Origin: an uncultured Flavobacteriales bacterium
GTDB lineage: Bacteria > Bacteroidota > Bacteroidia > Flavobacteriales > UBA1820
Length of the DNA stretch: 64,000 bases
Direction: 5' to 3'
Assembly (NCBI GenBank): GCA_938023515.1
Contig: CALJDR010000022.1
Span: 27,226-91,225 of the forward strand
Part shown: positions 38,902-48,055 of the stretch, piece by piece
How positions within the stretch are numbered: position 1 is the first letter of the stretch
How the letters are laid out: each line of letters starts with the position of its first letter
The notes under the pieces: model-generated
Database searches by the model: none
Seen by the model: only the letters and a program-made list of their open reading frames with translations
Told to the model about the DNA's origin: nothing
Program-made: the position numbers and the translations under genes

Positions 38902-41426
38902 CAAAATGTATCCGCACGGTACTGGCGGCCCTCGCCATTCTCGGTGCTGTGGTATTTTGTACCGCAGGCCCTTCGGGAGTTTTGTCCGGCGGAGGTAGAG
39001 GGGTTATGCCCGATTCCCTGATGGTGCGCAGGGCGCTGGATGCGATCCTTGCGCCGGCGGGTGCCGATTCGGCGTCCACGAAGGAAGATACTGTAGTGGT
39101 CCGGGATACGTTTTCTGTGCTCACAGATAGCCTTGTGATAATGTCTGCCGTAAAAGATACAGTCATAGCCGACAGTATCGATGCAGCCGCAGCCAGGGAA
39201 GATACGATAGCAGAGGAGTATCAATTATCCCAAGAGATGCGTGATTCGCTGCATAAAAGGGATGTGGCCATCAAGGCGGCGATGGAGTTCCTGTCCGGGG
39301 TCCAACAGCCGGAGGTTCGCGTGGGGGAAAAAGGGATATCCGACACTCTTTTTGCGGCTGATTCCTACCAGGCGCGGATATACGACAGTCTTCCCGAGCC
39401 GACGCAACCTCCATACGTCAATATCGGACACCCGGTGCGTTTTACCCTGAACAATGGGCTGAAGGTGATCGTTTATACGGACGATACGATGCCTATCGTG
39501 ACTTTTTACATCGGGATACTGAACCGTTCGGTGTTCGAGAAGGACAAGAAAGGGGTTTCGGACCTGACAGCCAATATGCTGCTGGCCGGCGTACAGAACC
39601 GCACGAAAGCACAGATCACGGATTCGCTGGCCAATATGGGCAGTGTTTTCCGGATGAACCGCAGTAGTTTTTATGTTTCGGGGCTCAAAAAATACGCCCG
39701 CGCCAATTTTAACCTGTTTGCCGATGTCGTATTAAGGCCTTCGTTCCCGCTGCAGGAGTTCTTTACCGAAAAAAAGGCCATGAAGGATGCCTATACGCTG
39801 GACGATTCCCGCCCCGAGGTGATATTCAACCGGGTGTACCGGGCATTGGCCCTTTCCGGGAAAGTCCCTACGGGGGAATTCATTTCCGAAAACTCGATCG
39901 ACCGGATATCGCTCAACGATTGCCAGGAATATTACAGTACGTACTGGCGGCCGAACAATGCGGTATTGTTAGTGATGGGCGACATTACTGCCGATCAGGT
40001 GCGGATGATGGTCAATGCCCGGTTCCGTACGTGGGCCTCCGCCGACATCCCTAAGAGCAAAATATCGGTAGTGAACGATTTGCCGGCCACGGCGATCAAT
40101 TTTATCCACGATCCTTCGGCCCGCGATTGCCGGATCATCATGTCCAATATTGCGGAATTCGATTATAATTCGCCGGATGTATTTCCGGCTATGTTTATCA
40201 ACCACCTGATGGGGGGAGACTTATTGGCTAATATCCGGGCTACATTGCAGGCGGGGGGGTATATGGGCGACCAATTTTCCCTTTCCCCAGACCCTCTGGG
40301 TGGATATATGTACCTTTCGACCCGGACTTCCAACCTGAATGCCGTGCGCACGATTGCCGAAAAGACCGCCCAGCTTCAACGGATACGGACTGTGCCTTTG
40401 GATGAAAAAGAGCTCTCCGACCTCAAACAGTATCTCACAGGAAAGATCGCCCTTTCGTTCGAAGACCGCAATGCGTTGGGTAGCTATGGGGTGGCTATGG
40501 AAGACGGCACGGTGAAAAAAGATTTTCTGGAAGACATTCTCAAGCAGATCAACTCGGTTTCGGCCGAAGACATTATGCGGGTTGCCCAGAAATATATCAA
40601 ACCTTCACAGTTCCGTATCGTGATGTATGGAGATGCCCGGAAAGTGGTTCCGCCGTTGGAACTGGCCGGTTATTATAATATCTCTTTTTACGATAAATAT
40701 GCAGTCCGGGTGGCGCGTCCGTCCCTTTCCCAGCCCATTACGGACAGTATTGCGGCGATCGATGTAATCGGCAAATACTTTGAAGCTATGGGCGGCAGGC
40801 ATAAGATGAGTTCGGTAAAAACCCTTCGCCAGAATTACGAGATCATGATCGGGGATAAGACCTTTAAGGCACAGACTTTGTCCAGTCTTCCCTGCAACCA
40901 TCAGGAGCAGATACTCTATGACGGGCAGGTATACCTGAAAAAGACTTTCAACGGCAATATGGGCTATACCAAAATAGAGAATACCACGGTCAATTTGTCG
41001 GCCGACGCGGTGGAGAAACAGCGCCTGGATCGTTCGATATTCCCGCTGCTCGACTATCAGAAAAAGAGTTTCGCAGCGGAACTGGACAGTATCGTGCCGG
41101 TCAACGGACATTTTACGTACCGCCTGCGGGTAACGATGCCCAGCGGTAGCCTCCAGAATTATTATATATCCATGGATGACTATATGGTGCTCCGTATAGA
41201 AAATGTGGCGGCTCCTGCAGTCAAAGAATTCGATGAAAAGGGCGTGTTGACGAAATACGTCCCCGAGAAGATCGGCTCTTATTCCGATTTTGGGAATTAT
41301 AAGGAAGTAAGCGGGTTGAAATATCCTTTCTCTACCGAAGTGAAAGACGCTGACGGAGGGCGGATCATTTGGCGAACCTTATCCGTCGATCCGAATGTTT
41401 CCATCCCGGCCAAAATGTTCCGATAA
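38898..41426 (+). CDS. Large M16-family peptidase-like protein, also lacking HxxEH, with N- and C-terminal extensions
   Basis: It overlaps the previous stop by 4 nt. The M16 core begins LKVIVYTDDTMPIVTFYIG, and DLTAN (39561-39575) replaces HxxEH. It has a low-complexity N-terminus of about 170 aa and an extra C-terminal domain of about 250 aa. Confidence 0.7.
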   Translation: MTKCIRTVLAALAILGAVVFCTAGPSGVLSGGGRGVMPDSLMVRRALDAILAPAGADSASTKEDTVVVRDTFSVLTDSLVIMSAVKDTVIADSIDAAAAREDTIAEEYQLSQEMRDSLHKRDVAIKAAMEFLSGVQQPEVRVGEKGISDTLFAADSYQARIYDSLPEPTQPPYVNIGHPVRFTLNNGLKVIVYTDDTMPIVTFYIGILNRSVFEKDKKGVSDLTANMLLAGVQNRTKAQITDSLANMGSVFRMNRSSFYVSGLKKYARANFNLFADVVLRPSFPLQEFFTEKKAMKDAYTLDDSRPEVIFNRVYRALALSGKVPTGEFISENSIDRISLNDCQEYYSTYWRPNNAVLLVMGDITADQVRMMVNARFRTWASADIPKSKISVVNDLPATAINFIHDPSARDCRIIMSNIAEFDYNSPDVFPAMFINHLMGGDLLANIRATLQAGGYMGDQFSLSPDPLGGYMYLSTRTSNLNAVRTIAEKTAQLQRIRTVPLDEKELSDLKQYLTGKIALSFEDRNALGSYGVAMEDGTVKKDFLEDILKQINSVSAEDIMRVAQKYIKPSQFRIVMYGDARKVVPPLELAGYYNISFYDKYAVRVARPSLSQPITDSIAAIDVIGKYFEAMGGRHKMSSVKTLRQNYEIMIGDKTFKAQTLSSLPCNHQEQILYDGQVYLKKTFNGNMGYTKIENTTVNLSADAVEKQRLDRSIFPLLDYQKKSFAAELDSIVPVNGHFTYRLRVTMPSGSLQNYYISMDDYMVLRIENVAAPAVKEFDEKGVLTKYVPEKIGSYSDFGNYKEVSGLKYPFSTEVKDADGGRIIWRTLSVDPNVSIPAKMFR

Positions 41427-41430
41427 AAGG

Positions 41431-41934
41431 TTACCAGCCGGCACGGGAGCCCATTTCTATCGCTTCCAGGTTTTCTATTTTTCCGCTGTCTATGGTAAAG
41501 CGGAGCATGGTCCGCACTTTGTGGAAACCATACGTCCCGGCCGCGCCCGGATTGAAGTGCATACATCCCAGGCGGCGGTCCATCATCACTTTCAGAATAT
41601 GGGAATGCCCGCAGACGAACAGGGCGGGAGGGGCGGCGAACAATTCTTCCTGCACGCTGCGGTCGTAATGACCCGGATATCCGCCGATGTGTTTGAGCAG
41701 TACTTCCACCCCTTCCTCTACGAAGCGGAGCCTTTCGGGGAATGCGGCCCGTATTTCGCCACCGTCGATATTCCCGTATACGGCGCGTAGCGGGGCGATA
41801 TTCGCCAGTTTTTCCGCTACGGTCATGGAGCCTATATCCCCGGCGTGCCATATCTGGTCGGCCTGGCGGGCGTATTTCAGGATGGATTCGTCCACGGCGC
41901 TGTGGGTATCGGAGAGCAGGAGTATCTTTTTCAT
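41431..41934 (-). CDS. YfcE/MJ0936-type metallophosphoesterase
   Basis: It carries the motifs LLLSDTHS, HAGDIGS, GNID and CGHSH. Confidence 0.8.
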   Translation of the reverse strand: MKKILLLSDTHSAVDESILKYARQADQIWHAGDIGSMTVAEKLANIAPLRAVYGNIDGGEIRAAFPERLRFVEEGVEVLLKHIGGYPGHYDRSVQEELFAAPPALFVCGHSHILKVMMDRRLGCMHFNPGAAGTYGFHKVRTMLRFTIDSGKIENLEAIEMGSRAGW

Positions 41935-42021
41935 GGGGTAAAGTTACCGGTTTTCCGGTTTTTTTGTCCTTTCGGGAGGCGTTTTATTGCCTCCCGCTTG
42001 CTTTCCCTCTGTTAACATGCG

Positions 42022-42029
42022 TATCTTTG
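42022..42029 (+). promoter_or_regulatory. Candidate -7 box (TATCTTTG) for queA-coaBC
   Basis: It matches TAnnTTTG and ends 43 nt upstream of the ATG at 42073. Confidence 0.35.
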
Positions 42030-42072
42030 CGCACCGAAACGTACCAGGTAAACAATCCGATAAACAGATAGA

Positions 42073-43122
42073 ATGAAATTATCCAACTTCGATTTTAATC
42101 TTCCGCCCGAACTGCTGGCGGAATACCCCACAGAGAACCGCGACGAGGCCCGGCTGATGGTCATCCACCGCGACAACGGACAGATAGAGCATCGCCAGTT
42201 CAAGGACCTGATAGAATATTTCGAGGACGGGGATACCATGATCATCAACAACACCAAGGTCTTCCCGGCCCGTATGTACGGCAACAAGGAAAAGACCGGT
42301 GCTACGATAGAAGTATTCCTGCTGCGCGAACTCAATGCCGAACAGCGTCTGTGGGATGTGATCGTAGACCCGGCCCGCAAGATCCGTATCGGCAACAAGC
42401 TTTTTTTCGGCGACGACGATTCGCTGGTGGCCGAGGTGATAGACAATACTACTTCGAGGGGGCGTACCCTTCGCTTTTTGTTCGACGGTTCGTACGACGA
42501 GTTCCGCGAAAAACTCCTGTCCCTGGGCGAAACCCCGCTGCCCAAATACATCAAACGCAAAGTGGAGCCGATGGACGAGGAATACTACCAGACGATCTAT
42601 GCCAAGAACGAAGGTGCGGTGGCCGCTCCCACGGCCGGGCTGCATTTTTCCAAACTCCTGATGAAGCGTTTGGAGATCAAAGGAATAAATTTTCCGGAGA
42701 TCACCCTTCACGTCGGGTTGGGTACGTTCAATCCGGTGGAGGTGGAAGACCTCTCCAAACATAAGATGGATTCCGAGCAGGTGATCATCTCTCAGCAGGC
42801 CTGCGATGTGGTCAATGCGGCTATCGATGCCAAAAAGAAAGTGTGCGCTATCGGTACGACGTGTATGCGGGCGATCGAAAGTTCCATTTCGTCGGACAGG
42901 CATCTCAATCCGTTCAACAGCTGGACCAATAAATTCATCTTCCCTCCGTACGAATTCTCGATCGCCAATTGCATGGTGACCAATTTCCATACCCCGCGCT
43001 CGACCCTGCTGATGATGATATCGGCATTCATGGGCCATGAACTGATGATGGAGGCCTACCACAAGGCAGTGGAAGAAAAATATAAATTCTACTCGTACGG
43101 TGACGCGATGCTGATCTTGTAA
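42073..43122 (+). CDS. queA: S-adenosylmethionine:tRNA ribosyltransferase-isomerase
   Basis: The N-terminus [25 protein letters not shown] is characteristic. Further family strings are AAPTAGLHF and HVGLGTF, and the length is as expected. Confidence 0.95.
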   Translation: MKLSNFDFNLPPELLAEYPTENRDEARLMVIHRDNGQIEHRQFKDLIEYFEDGDTMIINNTKVFPARMYGNKEKTGATIEVFLLRELNAEQRLWDVIVDPARKIRIGNKLFFGDDDSLVAEVIDNTTSRGRTLRFLFDGSYDEFREKLLSLGETPLPKYIKRKVEPMDEEYYQTIYAKNEGAVAAPTAGLHFSKLLMKRLEIKGINFPEITLHVGLGTFNPVEVEDLSKHKMDSEQVIISQQACDVVNAAIDAKKKVCAIGTTCMRAIESSISSDRHLNPFNSWTNKFIFPPYEFSIANCMVTNFHTPRSTLLMMISAFMGHELMMEAYHKAVEEKYKFYSYGDAMLIL

Positions 43123-44309
43123 TGCTGGAAGGAAAGCACATATTGCTCGGGGTTACCGGCAGTATCGCCGCATATAAAGCCGCTTACCTGGTGCGCCTGC
43201 TGAGAAAACGAGGCGCCGAAGTGCAGGTGGTGATGACCCCGTCCGCAAAAGATTTCATTACGCCTGTCACTTTGTCGGCGCTCAGCGGGCGGCCGGTGCT
43301 CAGCGAATTTTTCCAAATGACCGACGGCACCTGGAACAGCCATGTGGAACTCGGCCTGTGGGCCGATGCGATGCTCGTAGCCCCGGCTACCGCCGCTACG
43401 ATCGGTAAAATGGCTGCGGGAGTGGCGGATAACCTGCTGGTTACGTGCTACCTTTCGTGCAAGGCCCCGGTGGCCCTCGCTCCGGCGATGGACTTGGATA
43501 TGTATCGTCATCCCTCTACCCAAAACAACCTCGGCGTTCTGCGCTCTTACGGTACGACGGTTATCGAACCGGCGGCCGGGGAACTGGCCAGCGGCCTTTC
43601 CGGAAAAGGCCGTATGGAGGAACCGGAACGCATCTTGGCATATGTCGATGCGCTGCTGGAAGGGAATAAGGATTTCGCCGGTAAAAAAGTGCTGGTCACG
43701 GCAGGCCCTACCTACGAAAAGATAGACCCTGTGCGGTTCATCGGCAACTATTCTTCGGGAAAGATGGGTTTTGCCCTGGCAGAAGAATTCGCCTCGAGGG
43801 GAGCTGAAGTAACTCTTATCGCCGGACCGGTATCTTTGCCCACCCCGGTAGGCAATATCCGCCGGGTGGATGTGGAATCAGCCGGACAGATGTACACGGC
43901 AGCGATAGAGGCTTTCCCGGCAATGGATATGGCGGTCTTGTCGGCGGCGGTGGCGGACTTCACGCCGGAAGCGGCCGGCGACAGGAAGCTGAAACGGCAG
44001 GAGGGATTGTCCCTCGGGCTGCGGCCTACACAGGATATTGCGGCGGCTTTAGGAGTTATGAAAAGGAATGACCAGATGCTGGTCGGCTTTGCACTCGAAA
44101 CTCACGATGAAAAGGAACATGCCCGGGAAAAACTCCGGCGGAAAAATCTCGATATGATCGTGCTTAATTCGCTGGGCGATGCGGGAGCCGGATTTTCGTG
44201 CGACACAAACAAAGTAACCTTACTGAAAGCCGATGGCAGTGAAAAGGTTTATCCGCTCAAAAGCAAACGGGATGTGGCGCGGGATATAGCCGACAATATG
44301 GTTTTGTAA
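43122..44309 (+). CDS. coaBC: Bifunctional phosphopantothenoylcysteine decarboxylase / phosphopantothenate-cysteine ligase
   Basis: The N-terminal flavoprotein domain reads LLGVTGSIAAYKA. The C-terminal DFP domain reads VTAGPTYEKIDPVRFIGNYSSGKMG. Its start overlaps the queA stop by 1 nt. Confidence 0.95.
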   Translation: MLEGKHILLGVTGSIAAYKAAYLVRLLRKRGAEVQVVMTPSAKDFITPVTLSALSGRPVLSEFFQMTDGTWNSHVELGLWADAMLVAPATAATIGKMAAGVADNLLVTCYLSCKAPVALAPAMDLDMYRHPSTQNNLGVLRSYGTTVIEPAAGELASGLSGKGRMEEPERILAYVDALLEGNKDFAGKKVLVTAGPTYEKIDPVRFIGNYSSGKMGFALAEEFASRGAEVTLIAGPVSLPTPVGNIRRVDVESAGQMYTAAIEAFPAMDMAVLSAAVADFTPEAAGDRKLKRQEGLSLGLRPTQDIAAALGVMKRNDQMLVGFALETHDEKEHAREKLRRKNLDMIVLNSLGDAGAGFSCDTNKVTLLKADGSEKVYPLKSKRDVARDIADNMVL

Positions 44310-44324
44310 TTCGTGCAAAGATAT

Positions 44325-44361
44325 AAAGAGCGGGCGGTTTATAACAAACCGCCCGCTCTTT
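44325..44361 (+). terminator. Rho-independent terminator after coaBC
   Basis: AAAGAGCGGGCGGTTT-5 nt-AAACCGCCCGCTCTTT forms a 16-bp stem. Confidence 0.7.
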
Positions 44362-44477
44362 GTCATATAGGGAGTGGAAAAGTGTACATGGAGCAAACGG
44401 TTTAGGCAGCTATTGTTGCCCTTGGGATGTGGTTTCCCCCAGTTCGATAGAAATCAAAAAGGGAAAGGATCAATTAA

Positions 44478-44630
44478 TCGTTATATTTGTATAATACAAG
44501 ATGCGCCTCAGTATAATTCAAAGCAAGCTTTGATTCTATATTCGGTTTTCGTTATATTTTCATAATACAGGATGCGCCTCGGCCATTTCCAAACAAGTTT
44601 GAATGGCGCTCGGCTTTCACTATATTTGCC
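44478..44630. repeat. Imperfect tandem repeat, about 70-bp unit, about 2.2 copies, each unit beginning with a -7-box-like TATATTT(G/T)
   Basis: Unit 1 starts at 44478 and unit 2 at 44549, with 30 of the first 34 nt identical (TCGTTATATTTgtATAATACAaGATGCGCCTCaG). A third partial unit starts near 44617. Each full unit contains an imperfect hairpin (TCAAAGC-AA-GCTTTGA; GCCATT..CAAAC-AA-GTTTG..AATGGC). Confidence 0.6.
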
Positions 44631-44650
44631 TGCATGAAAATCCGGCGTTA

Positions 44651-45118
44651 GTGAACCTGAAAATATATATTCTGTGCATTTTAGGGGGGTGCATATGTTC
44701 CTGTGGGGAAACTGCGCATAGGGCAAAGGCGGGTTTTTACCGGCAAAAGGCCGCTTTTTGTTATGCCGTGGAGCATACCAGGGCCAATACCGACAGTACT
44801 TATATACCCGATTATACCCGGGCGGTCGCCAGTGCCGAAGCGGCTATCCAATGCTGTCCGTACAGCGCCGCGCTTTATATAGAAAAAGCGGCCCTGCAAT
44901 GGCCCGAGGGGGATTACTCCGGTGCATTGGACACCTATAAGCGCCTTGTGGGGCTGGATACGGCGGATGTCCGGTACAAAGGGGTGGCGCATATTCCGTA
45001 TTCCGATTTTTACCGGGCAATAGGGGCTTTTTACGATAGCTTGGGGGTGCGCGATTCCGCCGAAACCTATTACGCAAAAAGCGCCGCCTGGGATAGCCGT
45101 CACGGCCGCCAGCACTGA
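44651..45118 (+). CDS. Hypothetical small lipoprotein with TPR-like C-terminal half
   Basis: A GTG start gives VNLKIYILCILGGCICSCGE, a lipobox-like signal. A TATATTTG box at 44621-44628 lies 22 nt upstream. The gene competes with an antisense 144-aa ORF and no family was recognised. Confidence 0.4.
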   Translation: MNLKIYILCILGGCICSCGETAHRAKAGFYRQKAAFCYAVEHTRANTDSTYIPDYTRAVASAEAAIQCCPYSAALYIEKAALQWPEGDYSGALDTYKRLVGLDTADVRYKGVAHIPYSDFYRAIGAFYDSLGVRDSAETYYAKSAAWDSRHGRQH

Positions 45119-45255
45119 CTCGCCGTCATTTTTCCGGGTTTTTACTTCTGTCTGAAAGGGTTACGATAGCAGGAAAACTTCTTTTTTCGGGGCTTTTTGT
45201 CTACGAAATACCGTCGTTTGTCGAAAAAATGTCGGGTCTTGCCGGATATTCGGCA

Positions 45256-45274
45256 AATTTGTATAGTACAAATT
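45256..45274. promoter_or_regulatory. Perfect 8-3-8 palindrome, candidate operator upstream of nagB
   Basis: AATTTGTA-TAG-TACAAATT lies 45 nt upstream of the ATG at 45319. Confidence 0.35.
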
Positions 45275-45318
45275 CTATTACTAAACGAACCATTCATTAC
45301 AAAAATAAGATTGCACAA

Positions 45319-46089
45319 ATGGCACAGGAAAAAATGAAACTTGCAGTTTATCCCGACCAGCAGGCCGGTTCGGTAGCTATCGCCAAAGAGATAGCATCCA
45401 TTATAAAGGAAAAGAATGCCAAAGGACAGGCTGCCGTATTGGGCTTGGCTACCGGTAGCTCGCCGCTGAAGGTCTATGCCGAACTGATCCGTATGCACAA
45501 GGAAGAGGGATTGTCGTTCAAGAACGTGAAGACCTTCAACCTGGATGAATACTACGGGCTGACCAAGGATAACGACCAGAGTTATTGGTACTTTATGCAC
45601 CACAACCTGTTCGACCATGTGGATATCCCGGCCGAAAACGTGCATATCCCGGACGGTACCGTGCCGATGGACAAAGTGGCAAAATGGTGCGAAGACTACG
45701 AAAAAGCGATCGATGCGGCCGGCGGACTGGACTTCCAATTGCTGGGTATCGGCCGTACGGGCCACATCGGATTTAACGAGCCGCCTTCCGACCCCCAGTC
45801 TAAGACCCGCATGATCCACCTGCACGATATCACCAAGAAGGATGCCGCCCCGGCTTTCGGCGGGTTCGAGAACGTGCCTTCCTCGGCCATTACGATGGGC
45901 GTAGGGACGATCATGAAAGCCAAACGTATCGTGATGATGGCTTGGGGAGCCAACAAGGCCGATATCATCCAGCGTACGGTGGAGGGTGAAATGTCCGACG
46001 ACGTACCTGCTACCTACCTCCAGGCGCATAAAAATTGCCTGGTCGTGCTCGACGAGCCGGCTGCTGCCAAACTGCAGTCCAAAAAATAA
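45319..46089 (+). CDS. nagB: Glucosamine-6-phosphate deaminase
   Basis: It carries NagB-family blocks LGLATGSSP, FNLDEYYGL and LLGIGRTGHIGFNEP. The start is ATG at 45319 or 45334, and the upstream part of the 286-aa ORF is not NagB-like. Confidence 0.85.
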   Translation: MAQEKMKLAVYPDQQAGSVAIAKEIASIIKEKNAKGQAAVLGLATGSSPLKVYAELIRMHKEEGLSFKNVKTFNLDEYYGLTKDNDQSYWYFMHHNLFDHVDIPAENVHIPDGTVPMDKVAKWCEDYEKAIDAAGGLDFQLLGIGRTGHIGFNEPPSDPQSKTRMIHLHDITKKDAAPAFGGFENVPSSAITMGVGTIMKAKRIVMMAWGANKADIIQRTVEGEMSDDVPATYLQAHKNCLVVLDEPAAAKLQSKK

Positions 46090-46116
46090 CCCGGAAACGG
46101 ACCAAAAAAGAAAACT

Positions 46117-48039
46117 ATGATAACCCACAAAGAAGTAGGAAGATGGGAGGATGTGCGTTTCGAGAAACTGCACACCGAGATCTTCCAGAATTCGGCCATC
46201 GCTTCGGTGGCAGTGGCCGAAGAAATCGCTTCGATCATCCGCGACCGCAATGCCAAAGGGCAGCCCGCCGTATTGGGCCTGGCTACCGGCAGTTCGCCGA
46301 TGCGCGTTTATTCGGAGCTTATCCGTATGCATAAGGAAGAAGGGCTTTCGTTTGCCAACGTAGTGACGTTCAATCTGGACGAATACTACGGACTGGCTCG
46401 CGACAATGCCCAGAGCTATTGGACTTTCATGCACGAACACCTGTTCGACCATATCGATATCCTGCCGGAGAACATCAACATTCCCGATGGCAATGTCCCC
46501 CTGGACCGTATCGAGCAGTACTGTGCCGACTACGACATGAAGATCAAATCGTACGGAGGCCTCGATTTCCAGATACTGGGTATCGGCCGTACGGGCCATA
46601 TCGGCTTCAATGAACCGGGTTCGCACATCAATTCCGGCACCCGGATGATCACCTTGGACCATCTGACGCGTTCCGACGCTTCGAAGGATTTCCACGGGCT
46701 GGAGAATGTGCCTAAACGCGCCATTACGATGGGTGTGGGTACGATCCTGAAAGCCCGCCGCGTCGTTCTTCTGGCCTGGGGTAACAAAAAAGCGGAGATC
46801 ATCAAGCGTACGGTAGAGGGCGAAATGTCCTCCGAAGTGCCTGCTACTTATTTGCAGACCCACAAAAATTGCACGGTTATCCTGGACGAAGCCGCTTCGG
46901 AAGACCTGACCTGCATCAAGACCCCCTGGGTGGTAGGTCCTTGTATCTGGGACGAAGCGATGCAGCGCAAAGGGATCGTCTGGCTTTCGGCTCAGGTGAA
47001 AAAACCGATCCTTAAGCTGACTGACCGCGATTACAACGACAATTTCATGTCGTCGCTGCTGGCCCAGGAAGGATCTGCGTACAAACTGAACATCAAGATG
47101 TTCAATATTCTCCAGCACACCATCACCGGATGGCCCGGCGGAAAACCCAATGCGGACGATTCCGCACGGCCCGAACGCGCTGTGCCGGCCCGCAAACGAG
47201 TGCTCATCTTTTCGCCGCACCCGGACGATGCGGTGATCGGTATGGGCGGAACGATCCGTCGCCTGGTGGAGCAGGGACATGAAGTCCATCTGGCTATCCA
47301 GACTTCGGGTTGCAATTCGGTGAGCGACTCCGAAGCGCGCCGGTTCATCGAATTTGCCGAGAATTTTTATGAATACCAGAGCGGGGAAGAAGCCCCGGAT
47401 AAAGTGTTCAAAAGCGTGGTGAACGTGCTGGGCAACAAGGCCGAAGGCGACCGCGATTCACTGGCTATCCGCCGGGCTAAGGCACTGATCCGCCGCGGAG
47501 AGACGCTGGCTTCCACCCGTTTTATGGGCTTGGACGATTTGAACGTCCATTTCCTGGACCTGCCGTTCTACGAAACGGGTTCGGTGAAAAAACAGTCCGT
47601 AGGCAAGAAGGATGTGGCTGTTATGGAGGAAATGATCCAGCAGATAAAACCACACCAGATATTCGCCGCCGGCGATTTGACCGATCCGCACGGCACGCAG
47701 AAGATCAGCCTCGACCTGCTGTTTTCGGTCATCGCCAAGCTGAAAGGCCAGAAGTTCATGAAGGACTGCTGGGTATGGCTGTACCGAGGGGCATGGAGCG
47801 AATGGTCTATCGAGGATATCGAAATGGCCGTTCCCCTTTCGCCGGACGAATTGCTGTTGAAAAAACGCGCGATTTTCTTCCACGAATCCCAGAAGAACGA
47901 TACTGCCTATCTGGGAGAAGATCCGCGCGATTTCTGGCAACGGGCCGAAGACCGTAATAAGGGTACGGCGGAAACGTACCACAAGCTCGGTTTCTCGGAT
48001 TACGAGGCGATGGAAGCATTCAGCCGCTACCGGTTTTAA
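46117..48039 (+). CDS. Fusion protein: NagB-like deaminase domain + LmbE/PIG-L-type N-deacetylase domain
   Basis: The N-terminal ~260 aa are paralogous to the previous gene (LGLATGSSP, FNLDEYYGL, ILGIGRTGHIGFNEP). The C-terminal part carries the PIG-L signature VLIFSPHPDDAVIGMGGT plus later TDPHGTQ. Confidence 0.85.
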   Translation: MITHKEVGRWEDVRFEKLHTEIFQNSAIASVAVAEEIASIIRDRNAKGQPAVLGLATGSSPMRVYSELIRMHKEEGLSFANVVTFNLDEYYGLARDNAQSYWTFMHEHLFDHIDILPENINIPDGNVPLDRIEQYCADYDMKIKSYGGLDFQILGIGRTGHIGFNEPGSHINSGTRMITLDHLTRSDASKDFHGLENVPKRAITMGVGTILKARRVVLLAWGNKKAEIIKRTVEGEMSSEVPATYLQTHKNCTVILDEAASEDLTCIKTPWVVGPCIWDEAMQRKGIVWLSAQVKKPILKLTDRDYNDNFMSSLLAQEGSAYKLNIKMFNILQHTITGWPGGKPNADDSARPERAVPARKRVLIFSPHPDDAVIGMGGTIRRLVEQGHEVHLAIQTSGCNSVSDSEARRFIEFAENFYEYQSGEEAPDKVFKSVVNVLGNKAEGDRDSLAIRRAKALIRRGETLASTRFMGLDDLNVHFLDLPFYETGSVKKQSVGKKDVAVMEEMIQQIKPHQIFAAGDLTDPHGTQKISLDLLFSVIAKLKGQKFMKDCWVWLYRGAWSEWSIEDIEMAVPLSPDELLLKKRAIFFHESQKNDTAYLGEDPRDFWQRAEDRNKGTAETYHKLGFSDYEAMEAFSRYRF

Positions 48040-48055
48040 TATTTAATCTCATCGG

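Noticed and set aside
41946-41996. Two hairpins (ACCGG-TTTT-CCGGT followed by T7, and CGGGAGGC-8 nt-GCCTCCCG) between divergent yfcE-like and queA genes
   Set aside because: They are terminator-like on the + strand, but no + strand gene ends there. They may only insulate against antisense read-through or be leader structure of the minus-strand gene. The evidence is too weak to call.
44374-44565. 63-aa + ORF, with the 72-aa minus-strand ORF 44508-44726, lying over the tandem repeat
   Set aside because: They have no coding-like composition or motifs, and the reading frames simply run through the repeat units.
45149-45235. TGTC-containing A-rich strings upstream of nagB (TGTCTGAAAGGGTTACG, TGTCGAAAAAATGTCGG) that resemble the UAS left half-site
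   Set aside because: The right half-site (G/T)ACA is missing or mismatched. The strings are not 21 bp apart, and no -24/-12 element follows. I treat the resemblance as chance in AT-rich intergenic DNA.
45142-47289. 715-aa ORF on the - strand spanning both nagB genes and their intergenic gap
   Set aside because: It is antisense to two genes with unmistakable NagB and PIG-L motifs. Its product has no recognisable domain and an Arg/His/Gly/Val-rich composition typical of shadow ORFs.
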